Part shown: positions 34,202-45,905 of the stretch, piece by piece
Numbering within the stretch: position 1 is the first letter of the stretch
Layout: the number at the start of each line of letters is the position of its first letter
Source of the DNA: Caecitellus pseudoparvulus
Taxonomy: Eukaryota > Protista > Bigyra: Bicosoecida
Length of the DNA stretch: 64,000 bases
Assembly (NCBI GenBank): GCA_965644315.1
Contig: CBFFRQ010000053.1
Coordinates: 310,001 to 374,000 of the forward strand
Reading direction: 5' to 3'
Notes under the pieces: model-generated
What the model was told of the DNA's origin: nothing
The model's database searches: none
Seen by the model: only the letters and a program-made list of their open reading frames with translations
Made by a program: the position numbers and the translations under genes

Positions 34202-37157
34202 CTATGCCAGGACGCCTTTTGTGGAAGGGACCGCAGCTGTGACATCCTCTGCGATGGCTTGGCGAATCGCAACGCCAACAGCTTTGAATGCAGCCTCGGC
34301 CCTGTGGTGGTCGTTTGCCCCCTTCAGCACGTCCACATGCAGGCAAATGCGAGCAGACGTTGCGAATGAGTGCAGCACGTGAGGGATCATCTCAGTGGAC
34401 AGCCCACCAACGGTGTCCCGTTGCAGATTTAAGTTGACTTCAGCCCATGGCCGAGAGCTGATGTCAACCACGGCACGCGCAAGCGCCTCGTCCAGAGGGC
34501 AGTGGGCCATGCCCCAGCGGGAAATGCCTGATCGGGGGCCGAGCGCAGCATCGAAGGCTTCCCCCAAGACAATGGCCACGTCTTCTGCGGTATGGTGGTC
34601 ATCTATCCACAAGTCGCCCTTGGCTTGCACTGTCAAGTCAAGCCTTCCATGCTTGGCCAGCGCATGCAGCATGTGGTCCAAAAAGCCAACTCCAGTGCTA
34701 ACATCTGCCTGGCCTGTTCCATCCAAGGCAAGGCTCACGTCGATGCTGGTTTCCTTGGTAACACGGCTTCGTGCAGCACAGCGACCCATGCTACCCCTCG
34801 TGCCTGCTGGCACTGCATGAGCAGCCCCCCCAGACTCGCAGCCTGCGGCGGCAGCAGGAACTGCCGCGGCGCCCAACGCTGACATTCCAGGCCGTTCTTG
34901 GGGGCACAGGGCGGTGGCCAAGGCAGCGAACCCTGGCTGCAGCACGGCACCTGCTCCAGCCTCGAGCAGCTCTGACGCTTGAGGCACCCTCGTTGAATCC
35001 GCAGAAGTGAGCGTGGCGGTGAGCAGAGCTGCGCCCCCCTGCGCAATGGCAGCAGCAGCCTTGTCAGGCGTCAGCACACCCAAAGCGTGGATGTGAGCTG
35101 CTCGTGCAGCCTTGGCATCATCAACTGTGTCACCTATCATGACAATACTGTGGCCTGAGGGCGTGGTGAGGAAGCCTTGCGAGGAGGTGGGCAGGGCGCA
35201 GCCAGGGAAGAGGCTGTCCAAGGCCTTGCGAATGGGCGCCGGGGAGGGCTTGGGTGGGCCATCCTCCATCACAACCACGCTGGCAAAGAGGCCTTGCCAC
35301 TGGAAGCGCTGCAGCGCCTCCTCCGCATCGGCCCGGGGCCTGCCCGTAACAAGTGCCAGGCGACCGTCCACTCTCCGAGCAAGGTTGACCAGAAAAGCGC
35401 GGGAGACAAGAGGCGTCTCCAGAGCTTTCAAGCCTGCATCCTCTGCCGAGCCGTGGTATAGGGACTCGAAATGCTGCGTAACCTGCTCCAAACTGGGGGC
35501 GGCCGCGCTGTCAGCAAGCCCTTCCCCGATCAGTCGGTGAGTGACGACCCAATCGTTGTTCGCATCCCCTTGGGCCTTGATCCTGTCAATGTCAGCAGGG
35601 GACACACGCACTCCAAACCGGGCGGCTGTCTGAATAATGGCGGCTCGATAGCTGCTGCTGACCTCCACCAGCACGCCATCCATGTCCAGCAACACAGCCC
35701 CGATGGGGGCAGCGCCCGGGCTCTGAAGCAGGGCTTCTGATGCCGCAGCAGCTTCTGTGGACATGTCCAGCGCTTCCACTGCCTGAATGGCCGTCAGGAG
35801 GCGGGCCGTGTCGGCAGGGCGGCCGGCAGAGATGCGGATGTACCCCGCCAAAGGCCCTTTCGGATAGTACCGCACAAGCACCCCCTGGCTACGCAGCTGC
35901 TCCTGCACCCTTTCCGCATCAAAAGGCGGGAGGACCTGGAATAGCACGAAGTTGGAGTCTGACGGCATGGGCCTGAGCCAGGGGGCAGCCGTGGCCAGTG
36001 CGCCCACCATGCGGGCCCGCTCCTGGAGCATGGGGACGACTTGCGTCGCAAAGACCGTTCGTCGGTGGCGCAGTGCGGCCAAGGCTGCGACCTCGGAGGG
36101 GACTGTCACGTTGTAGGGCTGCTTGATGGCGCACAAGGCCGCAATTAGGTCTGCGTGGCCGACACAAAAGCCAACCCGGGCGCCCGCCAAGCCACTCCAC
36201 TTGCTGAAGGTGCGCAGCACGGCAACGTTGGGGAACTGTCCGGGGCAGGAGTCAGCTGCGCCCTCCAACTGCACCAGCGGAACGCCAGTGTGCCAGGCAG
36301 GGTCCTCCCCCCTGGCCAGCGCCGCCTGCACCTCCTCAGGCGGCAGCGTGAACTCAGCGTACGCCTCATCTGCCACAACGACGAGGTCCAAGGCCGCCAA
36401 GCGCGCTAAATCTTCGTTGGGCAGCACTTGACCGGTTGGGTTGTTGGGGGAGGCCAGGAAGAGCAGTGCACCGGGCCCTGCGGCTGCTGCCGCCGCAGCG
36501 ACAGCGTCCACATCCACTGCGAAGTCTGGCGCCGGCCCCCTGGGCACAGTGACGACGGGGGTCTTGGCAATCTTACCCAAAAATGAGTACATGCCAAAGG
36601 TGGGCGTGCAGTTGATGATGGCGGGGGGGTCCACTGCGCGGATGATGACATCCAGCAGTTCATCCGAGCCGCAGCCTGCGACAACGTTGGCAGCCTGCAC
36701 GCCGGCATACTCGGCAAGGGCCTCACGCAGCCGCGTTTGTGCAGGGTCCGGGTATATGTGCAATCCAGCAGCCTCTGCGATGGCCTCTTGGATCTGCGCC
36801 AGCGGACGGGGGGCAACGGTTGCGCACTTGGCGCCTACGCCAGGGCCAGCGCTGCCTGGCGCAGAGCTTCGCACGCACCTCCTTGATGGGGCCGTACAGG
36901 TTCTCGTTCGCGTTCAGCTTTGCCAGCTGCTCAACAGGAATGCCCAGTTCCTCTGCTAGCACTGACAGCGGCTTGACGGGTGAATACGGCTCAAGGTCCA
37001 CAAAGTCCTGCGGTGCGTGCGGCGAGCGGGACTTGTGGCAAAGTTCTGCCCAAGCTACGGGCCGCGGCTGCAGTCACAATGAAGGCAACAGGGGCACTGC
37101 TGCATCGCCAAGTGCACAAAAGAAGCGCACCTTTCGCAGGAATTGCTTGACGTCCAT
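34202..37157 (-). CDS. Trifunctional histidine biosynthesis fusion: histidinol-phosphate aminotransferase (HisC) + HAD-family phosphatase (putative histidinol-phosphatase) + imidazoleglycerol-phosphate dehydratase (HisB/His3), ~915 aa
   Basis: Exons 37157-37131, 37007-36879 and 36793-34202. HisC motifs: [51 protein letters not shown] motifs: LDMDGVL, NNDW, TGRP, KPSP, IGDTVDD. IGPD motifs: [36 protein letters not shown]. Confidence 0.92.
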
Positions 37158-37551
37158 GATGACCCACTTGTTGAAGGCTGACGTATCTTGTCAGGATTCC
37201 GTGCGGAAATCGCTCGGCTGCTTGACCAGTCAGATGCCTGGCTTGGCAGCGGCCACGGCAACAGCATGTACAGAAGGAGGGACTGCGGAAAGCCATTGCT
37301 GGGCGCGAACAGGCAGGCCTTGTATTGTGTTTACGAGTGTCGAGGGTGCTCAGGCTGTCCCTCCCGTCTGGCCAGCGCTCCGACACCCAAGTAACACCCT
37401 TGTCAAGGATTTCAGAGGGGCAGCGCAAATCACCGCCTACCAGGAAGATCTGAAGAGGAACAGAAAGTGCACGACGGCTGAACTGCTAGGCCGGCCCTGT
37501 GTTTCCCCTCCCTGGCAAGTGGTTGGAGCTGGCTGCTGAGATCCCTGCACC

Positions 37552-38321
37552 ATGTTGAGAGCCTCAGCACGCGTGCTGGCCGCAGCCAAGGAGACTACAA
37601 AGCTGTCCACAGGCCTTACAGGCCTGGCTGTGGACCCCAACTGGTCGGGCACCCTCTCAAGCTTGTGTGACAAGGCACTGCGGGACGTTCAGGTGCGTGC
37701 GCTGCAGTGCGGACTTTGGACGCAGGCGGGAGGTAGAACCAGTGCCCCTCTGCGACGGCAGGTGATCCCAGAGCATGTTTTCTACCGCCAAGAAGTGGAG
37801 CAGACTATGGGTCGCCTCAAGAAGTGTGCTGAGGAGATGAGTGTGCGTGGTGCACCTGTGCGCAGCCTGTGAAGGTGGTAGCGTGGCACATTCCCGCCGC
37901 GCTCGTACCCCGCAGCTGGAGCAGCTGGAAGCGGAGTACGAGGGCTTGCAGGCGGAGCAGCTCATTGAGATGGTCAAGGACGAGCTGCACCTCATCCCAC
38001 ACTACGCCAGTGCGTCCTTTGGCTGAGCGCAACATCTCGGCATGCGTGAGCAACCCTGGCTCCCCCCTCGCAGGCTGGAAAGCTTGGGAAGCCCCCGAGC
38101 CGACGTGGGATGACGAAAGCGTGGCTGACCTCATGGACGAAATGAAGGTCGTGAACCCAGGAGGCGTGGCGAAGTCCTTCGAGGGTGACGTCGTGCAGCC
38201 TCAGGCGGCGTGGCAGATGGCGGTGGAGACGGTGGGGGATGCCGAGGCCCGCAAGGAGGCGGCCGCCGCCGCTGCTGCTGCTGCCGCTGCTGCTGAGGGG
38301 GACAACAAAGATGGCCGATGA
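37552..38321 (+). CDS. NDUFA5: NADH:ubiquinone oxidoreductase subunit NDUFA5 (B13)
   Basis: Four exons joined by GT-AG introns (~37693-37761, ~37843-37915, ~38010-38073). The protein reads STGLTGLAVDPN...IPEHVFYRQEVE...EQLIEMVKDELHL...WKAWE. Confidence 0.88.
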
Positions 38322-38331
38322 ATGCATTGCT

Positions 38332-39769
38332 CTACGAAGGCTCTCGGCGCCCGACGTGCTGCAGGAAGGCGCTCAAGGCGGCCGTGGTGGCGTCCCCCTC
38401 CACGCCCACCCCCATCACTGACGTCAGGTGCCCCCGTCCCTGCACGACGGCACGAGTGACCTGGGGCGCGGCCAGTTCCCCCCCTGGCACTCGTGGTCGC
38501 ACCACTACTTCAGGCGGCAGGTCGCCCCACCAGGCTGTGTCAGGCATTGCCGGTGCCTGGCCACCCTGCTGCCTCAGCAGGCCCCCCAGGGCCAGCCTGG
38601 CCTCCAGCTCCTCCGCATCTTGCTCCAAGTGCACGTCCTCCTCTGCGTTCAGCAGCAGGGTGGGGGTGCCGTGCAGGGGCGAGTCGGGGCCGGTGCAGGC
38701 GAGGGTGGGGCTGCCAGCCCTCCACCGTCCCTCCCCACTGCCGAATGCCGGCGCGCAGACGAGTGGGCCCACCGGCGTTCCGGCTAGACGAGGGATGTTG
38801 AAGACACCAGACAGGCACACCAGTCCCGCCAGACTGCGGTCAGCGCCTGGCTCCCAGAACCCCGCCCCTTCCAACCAGGCGCGCTGCCCTGCTACCAGAG
38901 CAGCCAGGTGACCTCCCGCACTGCTGCCTGCGAGCACCACCCGGCAGGGGTCTCCGCCCAGCACTGAGATGTGCCGGCCCACCCACGCCACAGCCGCAGC
39001 GACGTCTTCCGCCTGCTCTTCGTAGCCTGCCGCGTACGCCCCCGTGCGTGCGTCAGGGCTGTCCTGCCGCCCCGCTCGCCGGTCCCCTGCCACTAGCTCC
39101 CACGCGCGCTGCCGCAGGGCTGTCAGGGTGTCCAGAGGACCTGCTTCTGACACCCCCCCCGGTGCTACAGGTGGAGCAGGGTGTGTGGACCGCCCCACGG
39201 CGTGGTTCGAGCTGCCTATACCTGCTGAGGCGCCGGCCGTGAACGCCTGTGCGGCCAGCGACGGCAGAGCACTCCAACCGTCCTCCCAGACAGGCCGCGC
39301 GAGGCGGTAGGAGATGACGACGCCGATGCAGCCCGCGCGTGCAGCAGCCATGCCTACGTTGCCGTGCAGGTGGGGCACGCTGGGGTGCTGCTTGTCCCCC
39401 TCCTGCCACGAGCCGCCGTGCACAAAGACCAGCACAGGTGCCGGTTTACGCGGGAAGGTGTCTGCCGCCATGTACACATCCAGGCGGTGCTTGGGGTGGC
39501 TGCTGACGGCATGGCGCGAGACATCTGCTGCGGCCACCATGCTGCGTGCCGGCAGTGGGCCGTCCTCTTTGTCCTTGTACACGAGGTCCTTCCAAACGTA
39601 CATGCCTGTAGGTGCCGAGCCAGAGGTGAGTGCTCGCTGTGTGCCGGCAGCTGACAGCGCATCAATGCCGCCCACCTTCTGTCGAAGACACTGGGGCAAG
39701 GGCAGCCTCGGATATCCCTGCCCCACGCAGCATTTGCTGCATCACCGTGGACATGACCCAGCGTTGCAT
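38332..39769 (-). CDS. Alpha/beta hydrolase (HSL/BD-FAE-like esterase)
   Basis: Motifs RLDVY, VFVHGGSW, ISYRL, GGDP, GSSAGGHL (nucleophile elbow) and GHLT. A probable 5' intron lies near 39606-39675, so the start is approximate. Confidence 0.82.
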
Positions 39770-40191
39770 GGCAGGCTCGAGCGAAACGTTGCTGAAACGT
39801 GCCTGGCTTCGCTGCCCACGGGTGCAGGTGCTGGAGGCACTGTTGGAAGTGCAGTTCCCGCGGCGGGGGAATACAAGGAGGCAAGCATGGATTGGGGTTG
39901 TGTGTTATTGTCCGAACGTTGGGCTCTGCAGCAGCAAGGCAAGTCAGGGACGGGCAGGCAAGGTCTGCCAGGCTGACCTGGCACACGCAGGAGCCAGCAA
40001 CGCGCTGGCACAGCACGCTCGGCTGCAAAACACACACCACTCGACACCCACTCCAACTTCATGCGTGAAGTACAGCCCAAGGCTTGTCCTGCAGCTTCTC
40101 GCGGCGCTTGCCAGAAAGCGCCTCCTGGCTTCGCGTGCGGAGTGAGCGGCAAGCTTGCTGCCTCTGCGTTCACCAGACTGGGACAGGCACT

Positions 40192-41357
40192 ATGGCCGGT
40201 GAAGCCGCTGCTGCGACGCTGTCGTGGCCTGAGGACGCCATGCCGTGTGCGATGGCCATGGCTCCCTCCGGCGAGCTCCTCGCAACAGGGCTTTCCAACC
40301 TGGCTGGGTCAGTGTGGGATGGCCAGGTTTCGCTGCATCGCGCTGGAGACCTGAAGCCGGCTGCGGCAGCCAAGCTGGAGTACGGGGCAACAAGCGTGTC
40401 GTGGGTCTCCAATCACCAGCTTGTCGCGGGAATGGACAATGGGGATGTCGCAGTGAGTTCTCAGCAGCACCCCATTTTCCGCAGTTCTTCCCCGCGCACC
40501 CAACGCCCCGCTCCAAAGCGCAGGTCGTGGACGTGAGCAAGCCATCACACACAGAACAGCAGCAAGGGGATGGCGCTGGTGTCACCGCCGTTGTGACCGC
40601 TGCACTGCCTGCACACGACGACTGCGTGTCGTCCGTGGCCAGCAAGCTGCAGGCTGGCTCTGCGGCGGACGGCAAGGACGCCACCTTCGCCACTGGCAGC
40701 TGGGACGGCAGCGTGAAGGTGTGGCCCTCCACCGTGGGTTCCACGCCGCAGGGCAAGCTGGTGGGGCACTTCGGGCGCGTGTTCGGCGTCGCGTGGCAGC
40801 CACACACGCCAGGCACCAACCTCCTCGCGAGCTGCGGCGAGGACGGCCGGTGCCTCGTGTGGGACGTGCGCAGCATGGCGGGGCCCGCGGTGGTGGCCGC
40901 CTACCGCATGCAGGGCAGCTCGGCGGGACAGGGCTCCGTGGTGGCCAAGTCCACGGCCCTCTTGCCCCACGCATCCTACGGCGACCTGCCCCTGACTGCG
41001 CTGGCTTGGGTGTCCCCCACACAGCTGGCGCTGTCTGCTGCCGATGGCGGGGTCATGTTGGTGGACCTGCGGGACGTGAACAAGCCTGTCGTGGCGTTCG
41101 CGGGGGGGGTGCACGCTGGGCCAGTGCACGCCATTCTGGCGCCAGCCGGTAAGCCTGGCACCCTGATCACGGCGGGAGACGACGGCAAGGTGGCCATGGC
41201 AAGTGTCACGGAGGAGGGCGCGCTGACCAGTCAGCACACGTGGCCCGAGCAGAAGGAGTATGTCCGCTGCCTGGCCACGGCAACTGGGGGCGAGGCGCTG
41301 CTTGCTGGCGTGTGGGACGGCACGACGCAGCAGCTGGCGTTCCCTGCCAAGCCTTGA
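40192..41357 (+). CDS. WD40-repeat protein, methylosome protein 50 (MEP50/WDR77)-like
   Basis: Exons ~40192-40452 and ~40524-41357. Motifs SNLAGSVWDG, AHDDCVSSV, TGSWDGSVKVW and SCGEDGRCLVWD. Confidence 0.72.
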
Positions 41358-41641
41358 GCGGTCCTCGGAGGGGGGGGGGGGGGGGCGACACGACCGCCTC
41401 TGCAATGCATCTGTGCACCTTTGCAGCGTGGCCGGGAGCATTCGAGAAGGCCCGCGCCGGAGGTGCTTGCGGCACTGGCCAGACACACACCTTGTCACTG
41501 ACGAGGCTGAGCAGTCTGGCTACTAAAGCATGGAGCACAGGGAGTCAGAATGTAATGCACCACATTGCGGCGACCGTGCAGCTCGCCGTCCTCTATTGCA
41601 TGCCACTGCCTTGTCGACTGTGTGGTTGCTTGGAGCAGAGC

Positions 41642-43726
41642 ATGACCATGGCTGCGTTGCGGTGCTCGGTGCTCGCACTGCTGGCCTTGGTGGCGTCTTC
41701 CACGCAAGATTCGTGGATGCATGGCAAGTCCTCGCTTGATGTGGCCCAAGTTGTGGGCTCTGCCTCCTGGTCAGCAGTTGGCGAGCGCATGCACGCAGCC
41801 GCAAGCGAATTCCGCATGGGCGACGCAGTGACGACAGCGAAGCTGCTTCGGCGGCTGGTGACCCCCTCATCGCAGGACGCCTCCGCAAGCACTGCTGCAG
41901 ATCGCAAAGGTTCAGATGTCGTGATGGTGGAGGGGGTGCCTTTCCTGCGCAGCGAGCTGCACGGCGCGTCGCAGTTGTCTGGCGTTTTGGGGCCGGCCCG
42001 TCGCCAGCGGCTCCTCAGCGCCACACCAGCAGGTGAAGCGCGTGAGGAAGAGGTGCTGCCTGACGGGTCCTCGCGGAGGCGCTTGAGCGCGTCCACGACG
42101 CCGCCACTGTCCGGCTCCCCCGCGTGCGGCAGCGTGGGCCGGCAGATCCAGGTGAACTCCACCCAGGCGGTGTGTGGGGCGGTGCCGGTGACTGGCGCCC
42201 AGCGCGAGGCCGTGGAGGGGGCAGTGACCACCCTATCCGACGAAGAATCCGACGCAGCGGCCAGGGCGGCAGCGCAGGCGGCAGTGCTGGCGGTGCCTGG
42301 CTTGGGGGGGGCGGCCGTGGATGGCATCCCCCCCCAGACGCCGCTGCCGGCCGGGTTGAACTTGACGTCGGCACTGACGCCCTCCCAGCAGGCAGCCTTG
42401 CTGGCGTCTGCCAACGTCTCCTCCTTGGCCAACGTCACCACCTTCGGGCAGCTGTCGGGCATCGTCGCGGAAGGCAATGCGTCAGCCAACGGCACGCTGA
42501 CCCCAGCTCAGCTGCTGCAGGCGCTGCCGCCCAACACCACCGCCCAGATCCTGGCAGGCGTGCAGTGCGAGGACGTCCCCTCCACCGCCCTGGTCTGCGT
42601 ATGCCCTGTGGACTTCTCTGGCGCGCAGTGCGAGACCCCCCGTGAGTGGGGCTGCACTTCAACGTGGGCCGACCCCCACCTGCACCAGTGCCTGGCCAGT
42701 AGGGGGAGCAGCCCGGGAGCTGACCTCACCTCCCCCACCGCAGCACCCTTGAGCAGGGTGGGTGCGCTGGAGTACCGCCCCGGCGGCTTCGGCATGCCGC
42801 CCTGCGTCTTCGCTGCTCGGGGCGAGGAGTTGAATTTGACCACCACCGTCACCTGCGCCTTCGCACAGCCTGTGCCTCTCACGTGCAATGGCACGGTCAT
42901 GGACGCAGCCTTCTTCGGCGGTGCCAGCGCCGTGGCTGGTCTGGAAGCCTCCCAGGCACCTTACTTTGGGCGCCGCTGCGTGGAGGCAGACTTGCCCTAC
43001 GCTTTGCCGGGCCTGCAGGCTGCCAATTGGTCGGAGCTTGCGACGCGCGCAGCAGCCACCGTCACGGTGCCGCTGATGGCACCCCTGGCCCTGACACTGC
43101 TGCCCAACGGCACCGACGGCGAGGGCGGATTGGAGCTGGCGGAGAGTCTGACCCCAGTCGACTTCCAAGCCCTCAGCCACACGCCCCTCACCTCCCGAGG
43201 GACCATTCCCCTGGCAAACCTGGTGCGGGCGGCGGTCACCGCTGGGGGGGCACGTCCCCCCCCTGCCCGGCCTCGGGATGCGCCTGCCTTAGCGCTGTGG
43301 GTGGATGCCGCCGGAGGAGGCTGGAGCGTGGCAGCGCACCACACACTGCGCCTGGGTCAACTCCCAGGGCAGTTCTGGGTGGGAGGCAGGGTGTACCTGG
43401 TGTCTGAGCTGACGCAGCAAGCCCCCCTTCTGCCGCCCTCGGTGCCTGGGGTGGAGGGCGAGCAGGTGCTCCTGGCACAGCCCAGCGTCGCCCCCCCCTC
43501 GACGCTGGCTGTGGACGACGTGCAGTACGAGGAGCCCCACCCACCTCCCCCCGACCTGCTGCTGCCCATTCTGCTGCCCCTCCTGGCTGCAGCCCTGCTG
43601 GCGGCGGCTGCCGCTGCCTACTGGCGTTGGTCCACGGCACGGCAGAGAGCAGAGCAGGCGAAGCTAGAGCAGGAGGGCTTCGGGCTGTTCTCGGAGCAGC
43701 AAAGCGCCAGCAGTGCCCAAGGATAA
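41642..43726 (+). CDS. Type I membrane glycoprotein with signal peptide and one EGF-like domain
   Basis: Signal peptide MAALRCSVLALLALVASS, an EGF-like CVCPVDFSGAQCE, many NxS/T sites, and a C-terminal TM helix LLLPILLPLLAAALLAAAAAAYW. Confidence 0.75.
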   Translation: MTMAALRCSVLALLALVASSTQDSWMHGKSSLDVAQVVGSASWSAVGERMHAAASEFRMGDAVTTAKLLRRLVTPSSQDASASTAADRKGSDVVMVEGVPFLRSELHGASQLSGVLGPARRQRLLSATPAGEAREEEVLPDGSSRRRLSASTTPPLSGSPACGSVGRQIQVNSTQAVCGAVPVTGAQREAVEGAVTTLSDEESDAAARAAAQAAVLAVPGLGGAAVDGIPPQTPLPAGLNLTSALTPSQQAALLASANVSSLANVTTFGQLSGIVAEGNASANGTLTPAQLLQALPPNTTAQILAGVQCEDVPSTALVCVCPVDFSGAQCETPREWGCTSTWADPHLHQCLASRGSSPGADLTSPTAAPLSRVGALEYRPGGFGMPPCVFAARGEELNLTTTVTCAFAQPVPLTCNGTVMDAAFFGGASAVAGLEASQAPYFGRRCVEADLPYALPGLQAANWSELATRAAATVTVPLMAPLALTLLPNGTDGEGGLELAESLTPVDFQALSHTPLTSRGTIPLANLVRAAVTAGGARPPPARPRDAPALALWVDAAGGGWSVAAHHTLRLGQLPGQFWVGGRVYLVSELTQQAPLLPPSVPGVEGEQVLLAQPSVAPPSTLAVDDVQYEEPHPPPPDLLLPILLPLLAAALLAAAAAAYWRWSTARQRAEQAKLEQEGFGLFSEQQSASSAQG

Positions 43727-43812
43727 GCCCCTTCCCACCTATCAGCGGCTGTGGCCGAGGGGGCGCCGGCGTCCACTGCGCGGAATGCATGTTTCAAGTG
43801 CATTGAGCGGGC

Positions 43813-44426
43813 CTAGAAGCCCAGGCCGTACAAGTAGTCTCTGATGGGCCCTGCCCAGTGCCCCTTCACCTCCACCCTGCCAGCCTTGAGCTGCACGTCG
43901 GCTCCTTGGCACACCTTTTTCAACTCCTCCCCGGCAACCTGCGTCGGCAGGCAGCAGCACCAGCGCGTTTCAAGGTACCGGAAGAAGCGGGGCTGGCTCG
44001 CTACGACGCACCTCCACATCCCCAGCGACCTTCCTGACCACAGTCAAGACACGGGTCCTCCCATTCTTGTAGTCTGTGTACACGGGCAGCTGCTTCCCCT
44101 TGGCAGTCCGCGAAACCTGCGCCAAGCCACCCACAGCGGGGTGCGGAAAACGAAACACCCAGCGACAGCGGCCACCTCACCTTAAAGGGAATGTCGGCGG
44201 GTGTACCCCCCATCGGGGCAATCCAGCCATGTGACGGCTTCTGCACTTCCATGGGCTCCCAAGTTAAAGGGTCCAGGGGCGCTGGTGGCTTCGGCGTGTA
44301 CCCCTTCGCAGCCCAAGTGCTGGGGTGGCCACGGCTCAAGCGCAGCTGCCTGTTGCTTGCAGCCCGACATGCTTGGCCGGCGCGTTGAGCAAGTGCGGGC
44401 ACCCTGAGGGCGGCAGCGGCCGCCAT
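43813..44426 (-). CDS. MRPL49: Mitochondrial ribosomal protein mL49 (Img2)
   Basis: Three exons read presequence...DIPFK|VSRTAKGKQLPVYTDYKNGRTRVLTVVRKVAGDVE|...ELKKVC...GRVEVKGH...YLYGLGF. Confidence 0.9.
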
Positions 44427-44923
44427 GGTGCGTTGCAATGAGCAGAAAGATGCTATATACGGCACATGCTGCTCGCGGACTTCCGGCGTGGGCTGGGATG
44501 TTTAGTTTGCTGCCGGGGTGAGTGTGTCCCCCGACCCCCCCGCTTCCCTGCATTGCGGCTTCTGGGCCTGGTGCAGTCAATCGTGCTGCTCGCAGCACTT
44601 TACACAAATGCACAGCTGCACATGCCTCAAAAAGGCGCCTGCGGTGCACTGAGGGACGGTGCCAGTTGCCGCGCTGTTGCTGGGGCACGCGTTTCGCAGC
44701 TGCACACTGCTCAGACCTGAAGCATGGATGACGCAGGCGGCAGCGTGGAGACTCCGAGGGAAGACTCTTCGCCAACACATCCACTCTTTGTTGAAGGCCT
44801 TCCCAGGGATTTCACCACGAACATTGCGCTGAAGGTGAGTGGGCAGCGGTGTTTGCCCTGTCGGCAGGCGTTGGACGCCTGAAACGCTGGCGTTGGGAAT
44901 CGCTTTACTCGTCGCTGCCCCAG

Positions 44924-45684
44924 ATGCTGACGCACATTGACGAGTCAACAGATGAAGAATCTGGGTCAGAAAGCTCTGCTAAGCCACTCCACCGTAGCCC
45001 TAGTGCAAGGTCTGCGGGGCTGTCGGCAGCGAGCCCAGTCCAGCCCCCGAGTGCTCGTGCCGGCGACCCAGCACGCAAACCACTCGGTGAGCGGCAGCAG
45101 CAGCAGGGCCATGCCTACACTGGAGCCGGGACACCCATACGAATCTCACCTCACCTGCATCTTGCGCAGGCCTCCGGCTCTTTCAGTCTCCGCTGCCTGC
45201 TTTCCGAGGTGAGGCTCTCGTTCTGCCTGCGCCAGCTGCAGGAAACGGAGCACCCTCGCGCCCCACAGGCTCCAAAGTCGCACGCCCCCACGCTCGCCGC
45301 CGGGTGAAGTGGTGGGCGACACGCCCCTCTCGCCAGCGCTCGTCTCGCCCCCACACCGACGTGCATGGGCGCCAGGGCGAGCGCCCTCCACCTGCGCCGG
45401 TCTCTGGTGCGGATGCGCTGGCTGGCATGCTGTCGGCACTAGGCGGGCAGCGCCAGGGCGATGGGCAAGCGCCTCAGCCGTGCGATGGACGCGGCATGCG
45501 GCGCTCGCTGAGTGCGGGGGCGCTTCCAGTGGAGGCTGGCAACTCGAGCAACTATTGCCCGCAGCACGCTGGGCAACCCCTCCAGGTGGAGATAGGCACT
45601 GGCTACAAAAGGAGCAATGCTGATGACGCTTCTGTCAAAGAGCTCTCTGTTTGGATGCAGTTGTGGACTTTGAAGAGCGACTAG
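44924..45684 (+). CDS. Hypothetical low-complexity protein (~205 aa), three exons
   Basis: Exons 44924-45086, 45170-45208 and 45269-45684. Two GTGAG..CAG introns, both phase 1, join three frames into one ORF. No recognisable motif. Confidence 0.45.
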
Positions 45685-45905
45685 GCTCGTTCTGCTGCGG
45701 CGGTAGGGGCGGGGGGATGAAGGGGTGGTGAGGTGCGGGTTGTTGCGTCACGCAAATCTTGGCGCATGCCACTCCCCATGCATCAAAACCGAAGAATGAA
45801 TCAAGCCCCCTGCCCTCCTCTTTGCCCACCAACCATGCTTCTGGCGCCGCCTCACGGCAAACAGGAAAGGGCAGCAAGCAATTTCCGCACAACCCTGGCG
45901 CAGAC

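Noticed and set aside
41370-41385. Long G homopolymer (another lies near 1219-1231)
   Set aside because: Simple low-complexity runs. The second encodes poly-Pro on the minus strand, and there is no evidence of function.
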